A stretch of DNA of 64,000 nt from Felis catus (GCF_018350175.1 NC_058368.1:210120001-210184000); one strand, 5' to 3'. Shown: positions 13,355 to 26,128, counted from the first letter of the stretch. Translations and numbers: made by a program. The notes: generated by a model from the sequence alone, not told the origin.

Positions 13355-13568
13355 GGGGCACCTGGGTGGCTCAGTTGGTTAAGCGTCTGACTTCCACTCA
13401 GGTCATGATCTCACAGTTCATGGATTCAAGCCTCCTGTTGGGCTCTTTGCTGGCAGCTCAGAGCCTGGATCCTGCTTCGGATTCTGTCTCCCTCTCTCTC
13501 TGCCCCTCCCCCACTTGGGCTCTGTCTCTCTCTCAAGAATAAATAAACATTAAAAAATTTTTCACAAA
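13355..13568 (+). mobile_element. Can-SINE
   Basis: Full body; degenerate TSD aaatatcaatttca / aattatcagtttca. Confidence 0.96.
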
Positions 13569-13919
13569 AAAATTATCAGTTTCATTAGATGTGATGCAGC
13601 CATTCAAATGATAATGTAGCAACCTGGAAACACACAGAAAAGAAGCAGCTACGGTTACAGCTAAGTTAAAATCAGGGATGTATTTGGCAAAAACTAGAGA
13701 GAAGTATGGAAAAATAATTTAAGATGGCTGAAACTGAACCATTTTTAAAATTTTATTTTCGTTTCTTCGTTTATTTCCAAAGACATCATGCTATAGGTAG
13801 GTAGTGGCTTTTAAACTTTTTTGACTATGACTCGTGGTGAAAACTACATTATATATTATCAACTAGTATGTGTGCCCACCCACAGACACACTTACACACT
13901 TGTGTAAAAACTATCTTAT

Positions 13920-14098
13920 TGTATTATCTTTGTAAGATACATAATTTTTCACATTTTAACATCTCTAGATTGAGATGTGCGTTACAGTTGTTGAGATCTG
14001 GAGTTTATAATTGTAAGCATTTTTTTTTTCTTTCTTGGAGGTACATAAATTAAAGGTGCATCTCATAATTAGTGTTTTTAGGTGTGATAACATATGGT
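13920..14098. mobile_element. MER104-like TcMar MITE
   Basis: ttttcacattttaacatctct...gatgtgcgttaca and ggtacataaat..aggtgcatctc motifs. Confidence 0.55.
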
Positions 14099-14234
14099 AA
14101 CAAACCAAAGTTTCACGACACAACTACCACATGTGATGTATTGTGATATTTTTTTCTTTTCTATTTTGAATCTTTTTAATTTTTTTTAATGGTGGAAGCA
14201 ACTCACTAAATTGAGTCTTACAATTCCTTAATGC

Positions 14235-14526
14235 AGAAGCCGACAAACTGGTCATGTTTTTGTGTGGCTCATGAGCTGAGAATGGTTTCTACATGTTTAA
14301 GTGCTTAGATAAGACAAAAAGAATATTTCATGATACGCAACAATGAAAAGAAATTCACATTTCAGTCTCATAAATTTTTCTTGGAACCCAGCCACCCACT
14401 TGTGTATTATTTACAACTACTTTTACACTGCAAGGGCAGACTCAAGTAGTTGTGACAGAGACCATATGGTCACAAAGCCTGAAATATTTATCATGCAGCC
14501 CTTAACAAAAACGTTTGCAGCCCCTG
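14235..14526. mobile_element. MER58B-like hAT-Charlie element
   Basis: gagctgagaatggttt, agtagttgtgacagagaccatatggtcacaaagcctgaaatattta, end gtttgcagcccctg. Confidence 0.85.
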
Positions 14527-15697
14527 TGCTAATGGTTTGCAATTCGCTGTTTAAAACACTTCTAACGTCATGGCAGGAACACAGAAATGGTAAATCTGGG
14601 TCCAAATTCTGGCTCCACCATTGCTACTGCCTCTGCATTTATAAATGGATGCAATGCCTAGCTGATAGTGCTACTGGGAGTTTTGTGTGATCATTTATCT
14701 GAAATGCTTGGTCCATGGTGGGTACTTGAACAAATGTTAGGGGTTTTTTCTGCTTCTCTTTACATTCTGCTTAGGCTATGGCCCCCACTCTTCTCCATTA
14801 AGGTCACCGATGAATACTAACATGCCACCAGGGCAGTCTTAAGGGCAAAGTCCAAAGTGGTCCTCCACAAATGTGAAATTTTTGATGTTTCACATTTACC
14901 CTAAAAATTTGGGGGGATGTTAAAATTCTATTCCGAAGTATGCTTATATTTGACTCAACATAAAATTAATTTTTAGGTGGAGCAAAATGGATATTCCTGG
15001 AAGACCGTCTGTGTCTGGTGGCTTTGCATCTGTGCTTTCTCAGTTTGAGAAGCACGGGTTTATGCAATGGCGTTTGTTGTTGCTGTTGTTGCCATTGTTT
15101 AAAAAAGAGCTTTCTTTTCCAGGACTCACCTTTGTCATTTGGTTGTAGTTATACAGGACTGGAGAGGAGCTATTTTTAAAGGAGGACATTTGGGTTTGGC
15201 CTTAGAATGGAAAGTATGAGTATTTAGGAAGAATCATTAAAACCCAAGATCAGTCCTGAGCTTGCAAGTGCAAAGCTGATTTTTTTCCAGAGTTCCCTGA
15301 AGTGGTTAGGATTAGCTGGACTTCCTCAGCTGATGAAGCTCATAAGAGACTCATGCCAGAAGCTAATTTAATAATTTGCAGAGATAAATTATCAGGTGCA
15401 TTGGAAGATTGTCATCGCTTTTTTCCCCTACAGATAAAGTTATATAAAAAGCCAAATCATAGCCACCAGTCTGCCTGCTGAGCATAGAATCACAGGAGTA
15501 CAGGCAAAACTCACAGATCTTGTGGACTTGGTTCAGACCACTGCAATAAAGTGAATGTTTCAATAAAATGAGTTAAATGAAGTTTTGATTTCCTGGTGCA
15601 TATGAAAGTTATCAAGGGTGTAATAGCATTGTGTCTGAAGGAATAACATTCATTCCTTAATTAAAAAGTACTTTACTGTTAAAAAATGCTAACCATT

Positions 15698-15913
15698 GGG
15701 GCGCCTGGGTGGCTTGGTTGGTTAAGCATCCAACTTCGGCTCAGGTCATGATCTCACGGTCCGTGAGTTCGAGCCCCGCATCGGGCTCTGTGCTGACAGC
15801 TCAGAGCCTGGAGCCTGTTTCGGATTCTGTGTCTCCCTCTCTCTCTGCTCCTCCCCTGTTCATGCTCTGTCTCTCTCTGTCTCAAAAAAATAAATAAACG
15901 TTAAAAAAATTTA
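15698..15913 (+). mobile_element. Can-SINE nested in Tigger1
   Basis: TSD aaaaaatgctaaccat at 15681-15696 and 15914-15929. Confidence 0.97.
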
Positions 15914-15999
15914 AAAAAATGCTAACCATCATTTGAGCTTTCAGTGAGTTGCAATCTTTTTGTTGATGGAAGGTCTTGATTTGATGTTCAATGTTGCTG

Positions 16000-17890
16000 A
16001 CCGATCAGGTGGTGGTTGCTGACGGTTGAGGTGGCTGGAGCAATTTCTTAAAAATAAGACAACAGTGAAGTTTGCCACATTGATTGGCTCTTCCTTTCTC
16101 GAACAATTTTGCTGTACTATGAGATGCTGTTTGATAGCATTTTACCCACAATAGAACTTCTTTCAAAATTGGAATCAATCCTCTCAAACCACTTTATCAA
16201 CTAGGTTTACGTAAATCCTTTGTTGTCATTTCAACAGTCTTCACAGCATCCCCACCAGTAGATTCCATCTCAAGAAACCATTTCCTTTGTTAATCGGCGA
16301 GAAGCAACTCTTCAGCCGTTAAAGTTTTGTCATGAGATTGCAGCAACTCAGTCCCATCTTCAGGCTCCACTTCTAATTCTAGTTCTCTTGCTATTTTTTT
16401 CTCTGCTGTTTTTTCTCCGCTGAAGCCTTGAACCCCTCAAAGTCATACATGAGGGTTGTAATCAGCTTCTTCCAAACTCCTGTTCATGTTGATATTTTGA
16501 ATCTCTTCCCATGCATGATGAATTTTCTTAATGGCATCTAGAATGGTGAATCCTTTCCAGAAGGGTTTCAATTGACTAAGCCCAGATCCGTCAGAGGAAT
16601 TACTATCTGCGGGAGGGGTAGATTTTCAAAACGTATCTCTTAAATAATAAAACTTGAAAATTGAGGGGCACCTGGGTGGCCCGGTTGGTTGAGTGTCCGA
16701 CTTCGGCTCCCATCGTGATCTCTCAGTTCGTGAGTTCAAGCCCCACATTGGGCTCACTACTGTCAGCCTGTCAGTGCAGAGCCCACTTGGGATCTTCTGT
16801 CTCCCTCTCACTGCCCCTCCCCCACTTGTGCTCTCCCCCAAAATAAAATAAATATTTAAAAAAAAAAAACCTTGAAAGTTGAGATTACTCCTCGATCCAT
16901 GGACTACAGAATGGATGTTGTATTGGCGGGCATGAAAACAGCATTTATCTCATTGTATATCTCCATCAGAGCTCTTAGTTGACCAGGTACATCACCAATG
17001 AGCAGTAATATTTTGAAAGGAATCTTTTTTTCTGAATGGTAGGTCTTAACAATAGGCTTAAGATATTCAGTAAACTATGTCACTAATAGATGTGCTGTTA
17101 TCTGGACTTTGTTGTTCCATTTATAGAGCACAGGCAGAGTAGACGTGACATAATTCTTAAGGGCCCTAGGATTTTTGGAATCATAAATGAGCACTGGCTT
17201 CAATTTAAAGTCACCAGCTGCACCAGCCCTTAACAAGAGAGTCAGTCTGTCTTTTGAAGCTTTGAAGTTGGCCATTGGCTTCTCTTCTCCAGCTATGATT
17301 AGTCCTAGATGGCATCTTCTTCCAACATAAAGTTGTTTCATCTACAATGCAAATCTATTTTTTAGTGTGGCACCCTCACTAATAATCTTAGCTGGATCTT
17401 CTAGATAACATGCTACAGCTTCTATATTGGCTCTTGCTGCTTCATCTTGCACTTTTATGTTATGAAGACAGGTTCTTTCCTTAAAACTCATGAACCAACT
17501 TCTGCTAGCTTCATACTGTTCCTCTGCATCTTTGTCACCACTCCCAGACTTCACAGAATTGAAGAGAGTCAGGGCCTTGCTCTGTACTAGGCTTTGGGTT
17601 AAGGGAATGTTGTGGCTTCTTTGATCTTCCATCCAGACCACTGAAACTTTCTCTGTATTGGCAGAAAGCCTGTTTCACTTTCTTATTCATGTGTTCACTG
17701 GACTAGCATTTTTAACTTCCTTCAAAAACTTTTCCTTTGCATGCACAACTTGTTAACTGTTTGACACAAGAGGCCTAGCTTTCAACCTACGTCAGCTTTC
17801 AACATGCCTTCCTCACTAGGCTTCATCATTTCTATCTTTTGATTTAAAGTGAGAGACGTGTGACTCTTCCTTTCCCTTGAGCACTTAGAG
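16000..17890 (-). pseudogene. Decayed Tigger1 transposase (TIGD1-like)
   Basis: Fragments [67 protein letters not shown]; broken by stops and frameshifts. Confidence 0.9.
16665..16868 (+). mobile_element. Can-SINE, variant with ctgtcagcctgtcag duplication, nested in Tigger1
   Basis: Full body; TSD cttgaaa(a/g)ttga. Confidence 0.95.
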
Positions 17891-18135
17891 GACATTGTAG
17901 GATTATTAATTGGCCTAATTTCAATATTGTCATTTCTCAGGGAACGAGGATGACTGAGGAGAAGGAGAGAGACCAAGGAATCACTGGTTGGCACAACACA
18001 GGACACCAGAACACACACAACATATATTAAGTTTCCAAACACACACAACACTTATTAAGTTTGCCATCTTATATGGGCATGGTGCATGGTGTCCCTAAAC
18101 AATTATAATAGTAACATCAAAGGTCAGTGATTACA

Positions 18136-18208
18136 TTTGTCAAGTCACTATGTTTCACACCTGAAACCCATATAACATTATATGTCAAGGGTACCTCAAT
18201 AAAAATAA
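18136..18208 (+). mobile_element. ~70-bp L1 3'-terminal fragment nested in Tigger1
   Basis: tcactatgtttcacacctgaaac..atataacattatatgtcaa...caataaaaa; TSD tca(g/c)tgattaca. Confidence 0.8.
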
Positions 18209-18392
18209 ATCACTGATTACAGATCATCATAACAAATATAATAATGAAAAAGTTAGAAATATTGTGAGAATTACCAAAATGTGACACAGGGAATGAAGTG
18301 AGAAGATGCTGTTGGAAAAATGGCACCAATAGACTTGCTCAATGCAAGGTTGCCATAGACCTTCAATTTGTATATTAAAAAAAAGCAATATC

Positions 18393-18608
18393 AGGGCACC
18401 TGGGTGGCTCAGTCGGTTGAGCATCCGACTTCGGCTCAGGGCATGATCTCGCGGCCTGTGAGTTGGAACCCCGCGTCAGGCTCTGTGCTGACAGCTCAGA
18501 GCCTGGAGCCTGCTTCCGATTCTGTGTCTCCCTCTCTCTCTGCCCCTCCCCCGCTCATGCTCTGTCTCTCTCTGTCTGTCAAAAATAAATAAACATTAAA
18601 AAAAAGTG
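18393..18608 (+). mobile_element. Can-SINE nested in Tigger1
   Basis: TSD aaaaaaagcaa(t/c)atc. Confidence 0.97.
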
Positions 18609-19607
18609 AAAAAAAAGCAACATCTGCAAAGTGCAATAAAACAAAGTATGTCTATATATGTATGATCTTAATGGCTATTGTATCAAACGAGAAAGGAAGG
18701 GCATTTCCACCTCTATCAGGTGCATGCCTACCAATCAAACCGAGATTCATCAGTCTGAGTCTCTTCTATCCAGTGCTAAGCGTAGCTGACACATTCTTAA
18801 TCTTGGGGAGTTTCCCTTTTCTTGATTTCGTGTCAACCTCTTTCTTCCCTCTCCACATAGTTGTGCTTACTCATTCTTTCTTCAGATGTTAAAGCCATTC
18901 ATTAGCCTTTTTTTCAAAGTATATCTTATAAAATAACAAGTTTGCTTGGAAACTTTTGGATTAAGTTAGACTGTTTCTCCCTGTAGGACTTCTCAGAGGC
19001 TTTATGTATTGATGTGAATCATGAGCCTCCAAGAAGGGAATCTACTATGTGGCGTATCTCAGACTTATTTGAGTACTTTTTATTTCTCAGAACGTCTCTC
19101 AGGACTAATAGAAGTGGAAAATGCTGGACTCCAGTTCTCTTGCCTTCACACTTATTCAAATCTTAATAACATTATAGGTCCTATTTCTACATTCAGCCTA
19201 GGAAATGCCACCTCGTTACAGTGACTTCTGCAGAAAGATAATCTTATCTGTTTCCTATGGACTCCATTTGCTTGAATTTCCCAATTGTGATAGGGTGTGA
19301 TAGGCTCAGATAATGTATCTATGTACCAGCTATACATTATCTATAATTATATTTTATCTTTTTATTTTATATATAAAAAATGTTTTTTACTAAAAAGGTA
19401 ATAATCACTTTTGAAAAGTCAATGAACTAAAGAAAGGATTACCTATATCCCCACCATCCAAATTCAACCATGTACAAAAAATCTAAGGACTTATTTTGTA
19501 TGCTCTTATAGTTCTCCTGGATAAATCATTCAAAAAAAAAATACCTTACTTCAATTATTCACTTAAAAAAATGAAGATAAAAGTTATTATTGTTTTGATA
19601 TCCAATT

Positions 19608-20175
19608 TGCAACTGAACGGAAGTCAGTTTGCTCCTTGGTGAGTCAGAAACTACCAGGTTTAGCTGTCACACAAAGAAAACTTTATTTGCAGCAAATAAG
19701 ATCACAGGGAATGGCTTCCAAAGTGGTGACTCCCCAAGAGAGGGTGAACAGGTTCCTTTCATTTAGGATAGGATAAATATTTAGATAGGGAAGCCTTGTC
19801 ATCCTATGTAGTGGCAGGCCTAAAAGGAAACATGTCTATACACCTGTTGTATGTTATGTAAATGAGGCTGAGTCTCCTCCTTGGGCAGAGATTTTAGCAC
19901 TATAACGAAGTAAAGGTAATTGTACAACATTCCACAGGTCACTCCATGGCATTGGCGTGAGTCGGATTTAGCACAAATGGTCTGGATGGTCTGGGCCTAC
20001 TGGAGGTGTCAGGGCAGTCACCTGACAGAGTCACCTGAAGAGGTGGTTTCAGGTTTCATTGCCTGAGTTAAGAGGAAAGCCTGAAAGAAGAGCTTAAGGA
20101 AAAATGTAAGACAAAGGTTAGTGAGTACAAGCAGGTGGGCAGTAAAGTCTAGGTCTTGGGGTCTAGCTGGTGACA
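19608..20175 (-). mobile_element. Probable carnivore ERV1-type solo LTR
   Basis: TG...CA boundaries, ~570 bp, AATAAA on the minus strand (tttatt 19682-19687); TSD not clean. Confidence 0.6.
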
Positions 20176-20203
20176 ATGTCTTGCTTTAAAATCATCCATT
20201 TAA

Positions 20204-20408
20204 CAGGTGCCTGGGTGGCTCAGTCAGTTAAGCATCCAACTTTGGCTCGAGTCATGATCTTGCTGTTTGTGGGTTCGAGCCCCGCAATGGGCTCTGTGCT
20301 GACAACTCAGAGACTGGAGCCTGCTTCGGATTCTGTGTCTCCTTCTCTCTCTGCCCCTCCCCCACTTGTGCTGTGTCTCTATCAAAAATAAATAAATGTA
20401 AAAAAAAA
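20204..20408 (+). mobile_element. Can-SINE
   Basis: TSD aaaatcatccattta at 20188-20202 and 20409-20423. Confidence 0.96.
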
Positions 20409-20423
20409 AAAATCATCCATTTA

Positions 20424-20778
20424 AATCCAGTGAAGAACATGGGCAGAAGACATGAATAGACTTTTCCGAAGAAGACTTCCAGATGGCTAACAGACACATG
20501 AAAAGATGCTCAACACTGCTCATCATCAGGGAAATACAAAATCAAATCCACACTGAGATACCACCTCACGCTGGTCAGAGTGGCTAACATGAACAACTCA
20601 GGAAACAACCGGTGCGGGAGGACAGGAAAATGGGAGATGGACCTTGAGGAGGGGGCACTTGTTGGGATGAGCAGCGGGTGTTGTGTGTAAGCAATGAATC
20701 ATGAGAATCTACTCCCGAAACCAAGAGCACACTGTATACACTGTATGTTAGCTAACTTGACAATAAATTATATTTAAA
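20424..20778 (+). mobile_element. 5'-truncated, internally deleted carnivore L1
   Basis: ORF2 segment ([26 protein letters not shown]) fused at ~20610 to the 3'UTR end and AATAAA; TSD copy at 20779-20793. Confidence 0.92.
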
Positions 20779-21454
20779 AAAGTCATCCATTTAGAAATTC
20801 CAAGAGGTTGTCTAATCTTTTCCCATACATGCAGAAAGTATAATGATCAATCTATCTGAAATATGATCACCTGCTAATATATTCAAAGACATTTACATGA
20901 AAGAGAAAGACACAATTTATTGCCATCAGTTATCCTTTCTTGTATCTGCCTATCTCCTCCCCCGCAATGGTTATCTTCCTTCCTGTAATATTTGGGGGAG
21001 AGGGGAGTGTGTCTCCAGTCTACATCTAAGTAACTCAGTGCAGCTTGTTTATTGTTCTCTGGCTCCTACTCACAGCTCCTAGGGTGAACTTGGGCCTCCA
21101 TTCATTTCACTATTGGTCACCGCCTAGAAATCTGGTAGGCAGTATCAGCTGATTTCACCAGGGGGTCAGGTGGCAGAGGCTACAATCCCCTCCATAGAAT
21201 CTTATTAAATGTTTGTGAGTTTAAAAAGGAAAAAGAAGAGAAATTTTGGTTCAGCATAAAGCAGGAAAACAATTTGAAATTTACAGTTTTATTAGACATT
21301 ACTCTTCTTATGTAAACGATCACTGGGAATTTCTCAAGCCAGGCCTGCTGCCGTGGTGCTGGGAGCTGCGTCTCCTTTTTCTCTTTCCCTAGATGCCAGC
21401 AGCATCTCCAAATTTCTGTTAATTTCCAGTGCAGAGCAGTTTATCCATCTAACT

Positions 21455-21652
21455 CAGTGGTTCTCAACTGGGGTCAATTTTGCCTCTCTTTCCCCAGGGG
21501 ACATTTGTCAACCTCTACAGACATTTCTGATTGTCCTGACTAGGCAGGGAGGTGCTGCTAAAGGTCCTACACTGTACAGAACAGCCTCATAACAAAGAAT
21601 TATCCAGCCTAAAATGTCAGTAGCGTAGACGTTGAGAAACAGAGAAACTCTG
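21455..21652. mobile_element. MER20 hAT-Charlie MITE
   Basis: cagtggttctcaactggggtcaattttgcc...acaaagaattatccagcctaaaatgtcagtag...gttgagaaac. Confidence 0.88.
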
Positions 21653-22495
21653 ATCAACTCCCACCCATCCAACCAAACTAGAATAAGGGCACACATCTGC
21701 AAATCTGGATACTGACTAAGGTATTCTGCTGAACGGTGGGTCATTTACTCCAAGACTCCACTCCTAGCAACACAAAGAATCAACAAACCTTACAAACCTA
21801 TAGTGCTTTCTTGAGCATATCTTTGAGTTTTGAGCAGAATTCTATCCCTACTAACATTTTGAAGTAAGAGGAGCAGTAAAAACATTTATGCTTTCCCTGT
21901 TAGGAAAAGTCCCTTAAGGTTAGGGATATTTTATCTCAGTTATAATTATGTCTAAACTGCTTTTCTTCGGTATAAGTGTGAATATTCCTTTTTCTGAAGC
22001 CTTACTCATAGAGATACTGAGTTGAGCACCAGTTGAGCTGGTGACAGAAAAACCACATACCGTGCCCATGACCGCGGGCTCTACAACTGCAGAAGACAGG
22101 AGTTTAGTCCTGTGGTTAGGAAATGGCTTGCTTTTGTAGTTTATTTCACTTGGGTATTGTGCATATCTCACCAGGATGCTTGCCTTGTACTAGAACTTTC
22201 TAGGTACCTGTAAGACTCCAAAACTGCCCCCACCACACTTCTCTTAATGTATGAGATCCTTAAAGTCATTTCCCATCTCAGAGCCGTGACTGGCCCATAG
22301 AAGACCCTCAACAGTTGTTTCCTAAATAAATACATGAATATTGGCTCAATGGAATCAGGTAGAAATGAAATAACATAGTCCAGATTAAGGCTGAGGTATA
22401 AAGAAGGACTTGCATTAATTATGCAAATGTGGACAAGATCCATCATTAAAGCTCCTGTCACATGAACATAAAGTTTGACAATACTAATTCCTTTA

Positions 22496-22725
22496 GGGGT
22501 ATCTGGGTGGTTCAGTCAGTTAAGCGTCCGACTTCAGCTCAGATCATGATCTTTTGTTTGTGGGCTCGAGCCCTGTGTCAGGCTCTGTGCTGACAGCTTG
22601 GAGCCTGGAGTCTGCTTCATATTCTGTGTCTCTCTCTCTCTCTCTCCCCTTCCGCCACTCCCCACTCCCTCTCTGTCTCTGTCTCTCTCTCTCTCCAAAA
22701 TAGATAAACACTAAAAAGAATTTTC
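22496..22725 (+). mobile_element. Can-SINE
   Basis: TSD tac(t/g)aattccttta. Confidence 0.95.
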
Positions 22726-23385
22726 AAAGTACGAATTCCTTTAGGGAGTAATTTTTTAAAAAGGGATTTCCTTTTAACAATTTCTCTCATTCCATTTACT
22801 CAGAGAAACAAAAGAATACTTCTTTTAAAAAAATGTGTGGTTACACATACATACATACATACAAATGTATTTTAACCAGATTTGAGACCTATAAGAATCT
22901 CAAACTTTAGTGTGTATCAGAACTGGGGAGCCATCAAATTACAGAGTTCCAGGTCCCAGCAATAATAGTAATGCACATTCCTAGACTTCAGCCTAGTTCA
23001 TTCTCATTCACTAGTAAAACATGACTTTTAGGAGGGCTGTGGCTAGAGTTTCTGAAATCTTGTCTACCCGTGGCCTGAATTGGCCCCATTCTGGACTGGA
23101 GAGGGGATAAGTGCATCCACAGGTTAGTTTAAGTGGCTCAGCTTAGGGCCAAGGAAGCAGCAACAGAGGTACAGAGAAGCAGAATTAAGTACAACAAGAT
23201 GAGAAGGCCTATGGGGGCTTCCTAGAGGAGAATTCCAAGTGTCTTCAAGGGCTTTGAAGAGAAGTTGCTGTCAACTGGGTATTAATTTTAGCTCATTTTA
23301 TTTCAAAACACAGGGTTTTACTTGGACTTAATGAGATGTTTTATTCATATTACTCTTATGTACAAAAGTCATCAATAGGCTTATT

Positions 23386-23583
23386 TTTTTAAGTTTATGT
23401 ATTTATTTTGAGAGAGAGAGAAAGAGAGAGAGAGCACAAGTGAGGAAGGGCAGAGGAAGAGACGGAATCCCAAGCAGGTTCTACACCACCAGTGCAGAGC
23501 CGGATGCAGGTCTCCGGCTGCAAGATCATGACCTGAGCCGAGGTCAGACCCTTAACCAACGGACCCACCCACCCAGGCACACC
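23386..23583 (-). mobile_element. Can-SINE (older)
   Basis: TSD caataggcttatt at 23373-23385 and 23584-23596. Confidence 0.93.
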
Positions 23584-24301
23584 CAATAGGCTTATTGAGA
23601 TGAAATGAAGAGGGAAGTGAAGAATAAAAGAGAAAGGAGCCAAGTTTTTGTCCAGGAATGAGGCAGGGGCTAGTAGATGGAAAGGGAGGTGAGACACGAT
23701 GAAAGAGAGTCTGCCTGGAGCAAGAGAGCGGGAGCCCAGACACGGATCCATGTTGTGACTTCTACCCACCAAGTGAAACAGCATCAGAGAAGGTGGGACA
23801 CCACCCAGGTCCAACTCACTAACGGGTTTATCTGTCAGCCTCCCTGGGTCCCGTCCTTTACAAGGCTCCCCAGGGTAGGCGGGGAGTTCCTGAGGACCTT
23901 TCCTAGCCTATGCTCATTACTTTTTCTTTCACTTCATGCTCCTTACCTGGCATATGCTCTGAAGAGCAGGGGCTGTTCTGCTCACTGCTATCTCCTTATT
24001 TGGTTTTTTTTTTTAAATGCTCAAAGACATAGTTCTTGATGTTTGGAATAAAAGAACATATAAACAAACACCAAATCCAACTTCTCAGGATCCCACAGGC
24101 AGGAAGAAAAATGTTGTTCCAAGCTACAGGCAGTAAGTTCTAAGAGGGGCAGCTGGAAAAATAGTAAAAAGACCATGGTCTTCTGGTGAGTTTTATTTTT
24201 CTTATTTCTGGTATAAGCACACTTATTTCGATAAAAACTGAATCCTGGTAACTGTAGGTAAATAATATGAATGCACGTACAAACTTAAAGGGACAAAAGT
24301 T

Positions 24302-24513
24302 GGGGCACCCGGGTGCCTCAGTCAATTGAGTGCCAGACTCTTGATTTCAGCTCAGGTCATAATCTCAAGGTTGTGGGTTCAAGCCCTACATCAGGCTCTG
24401 CACTGAAAACATGAAGCCTGCTTGGAATTCCCTCTCTCTTCTTTTCTCTCTGCACCTTACTCACTCTCTCTCTCTTTCTCTCTCACAATAAATAAATAAA
24501 CATTAAAAAAAAT
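24302..24513 (+). mobile_element. Can-SINE (older subfamily)
   Basis: TSD aaagggacaaaag. Confidence 0.95.
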
Positions 24514-24637
24514 AAAGGGACAAAAGGTGTCATATATGTATATGTAATATGTAATATGTAACATACATATGTAATATATGTTAAGGTAAAGGTAAAAGAG
24601 AATAGCAAATCATTTCATTAGAATGTTTTCATGTTAA

Positions 24638-24874
24638 GGGGCGCCTGGGTGGCGCAGTCGGTTAAGCGTCCGACTTCAGCCAGGTCACGATCTCGTGGTC
24701 CGTGAGTTCGAGCCCCGCGTCAGGCTCTGGGCTGATGGCTCAGAGCCTGGAGCCTGTTTCCGATTCTGTGTCTCCCTCTCTCTCTGCCCCTCCCCCGTTC
24801 ATGCTCTGTCTCTCTCTGTCCCAAAAATAAAATAAACGTTGAAAAAAAAAATTTAAAAAAAAAATTAAAAAAAA
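24638..24874 (+). mobile_element. Young felid Can-SINE (SINEC_Fc-type)
   Basis: Near consensus; TSD agaatgttttcatgt at 24620-24634 and 24875-24889. Confidence 0.97.
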
Positions 24875-25199
24875 AGAATGTTTTCATGTCTTTGAATTTG
24901 GAAAAGCTGAAAATCAAAATAATACTGGAAAAGTGAACTTCATAAAACAAAAGACAGAAAACAATGACTCATTCAAATACCTCATCCTCAGAGATTATTT
25001 ATAATTGAGGATATTGACATTACCCCTCCTAGAATGGATTTATAAGCCGTCTTTGAGAAGTTGTGTGGGAAAGCTTTCCCAATGAAACGAGAATTTATTT
25101 GGTCAAATATATTTGAGTAGCCCCCTTTCTTCAGCACTAGAAATCCACTAATTTTTAAAAATTTGCTCATGTATCTCTGTATTTCTTGGTTCTGGTTAG

Positions 25200-25255
25200 G
25201 AGCCAGAGAAAGATGGCAAAGAAGAGACAGTCCCATCTGAAGCAGAGGATGATGG
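25200..25255 (+). other. Candidate internal exon, unassigned (EPEKDGKEETVPSEAEDDG)
   Basis: Polypyrimidine tract plus tag acceptor, purine-rich open frame, GG/gtgtgt donor; no homology recognised. Confidence 0.2.
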
Positions 25256-26016
25256 GTGTGTCAAACTGTGTAAAATTGCATACATGCTTCACCCAACAGT
25301 ATTTCTTAATTTATTATTTAGAATCCGTTTCATTGAGTTTTGCAATATTATGCAGGCTTGCCCTTAATCTTATTAAAACAAGACAAAGGCAAATATGTTT
25401 ATTTTTCAAGGACAAGAAAAGATCTGGAGAAAGTATACTTAAAGATTTTAAAGATATGATGAAAAAGCCTTAACTGGAACCGGGAATCGAAATTCAGCAA
25501 GTGATGCTAAGACATGAACATATATATTTAGTATTTTTAAACAAGGTGAAAAGAACTTAATATTCTAAAACTTATTCTTTCCAGTAGAATCAACGATGTT
25601 GCATGAGGGTTCCTTCATAGATTTGGTATTGTTTTAACATACAAAGTAGCCAAAATCTAAGTGTTGTCTTAAACTTCTGGAACTCTGTACATTTCTATTT
25701 CTTCTTTTGGGAGAATTTGACCCTGGTTCACCCAAAATGCTTCAAACTCTTGTCCAATAGCTTGCTGCACCTGGCGAGCTTCTGCTGAGATTCACAAGCA
25801 TGATCGTGTATGAATCCCTTGAAGCTTCATCAGTTTAAAACATTTGATGGAGGGCTTAAAAAGTTCTTGTGTCATTTAAGAGCGTAGGAGAAACAGGTCC
25901 CCCCTGGACCACTTAATCCGTTAACTGAAGACCACAACTCATCACAGATACCCTAAGCAGTCAGAAGTTCTGGCTAGAGGATTAAATTTTGACTTCTTAG
26001 TTCATAGCATATGATT

Positions 26017-26048
<32 letters not shown>

Positions 26049-26128
26049 AAATATGTATATATAATATATTATATATGTATTATATATGCATAATATATAT
26101 ATATATAAAATACATACATATATACATA
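26017..26128. repeat. (TC)n(TA)n microsatellite and AT-rich low-complexity tract
   Basis: Seen directly. Confidence 0.9.

Larger units (their letters stand above)
15501..18654 (-). mobile_element. Full-length Tigger1 (TcMar-pogo) DNA transposon with four nested retroinsertions
   Basis: Both termini recognisable (caggcaaaactc... and ...aataaaacaaagtatgtcta) and flanked by TA at 15499-15500 and 18655-18656; transposase remnants inside. Confidence 0.95.
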
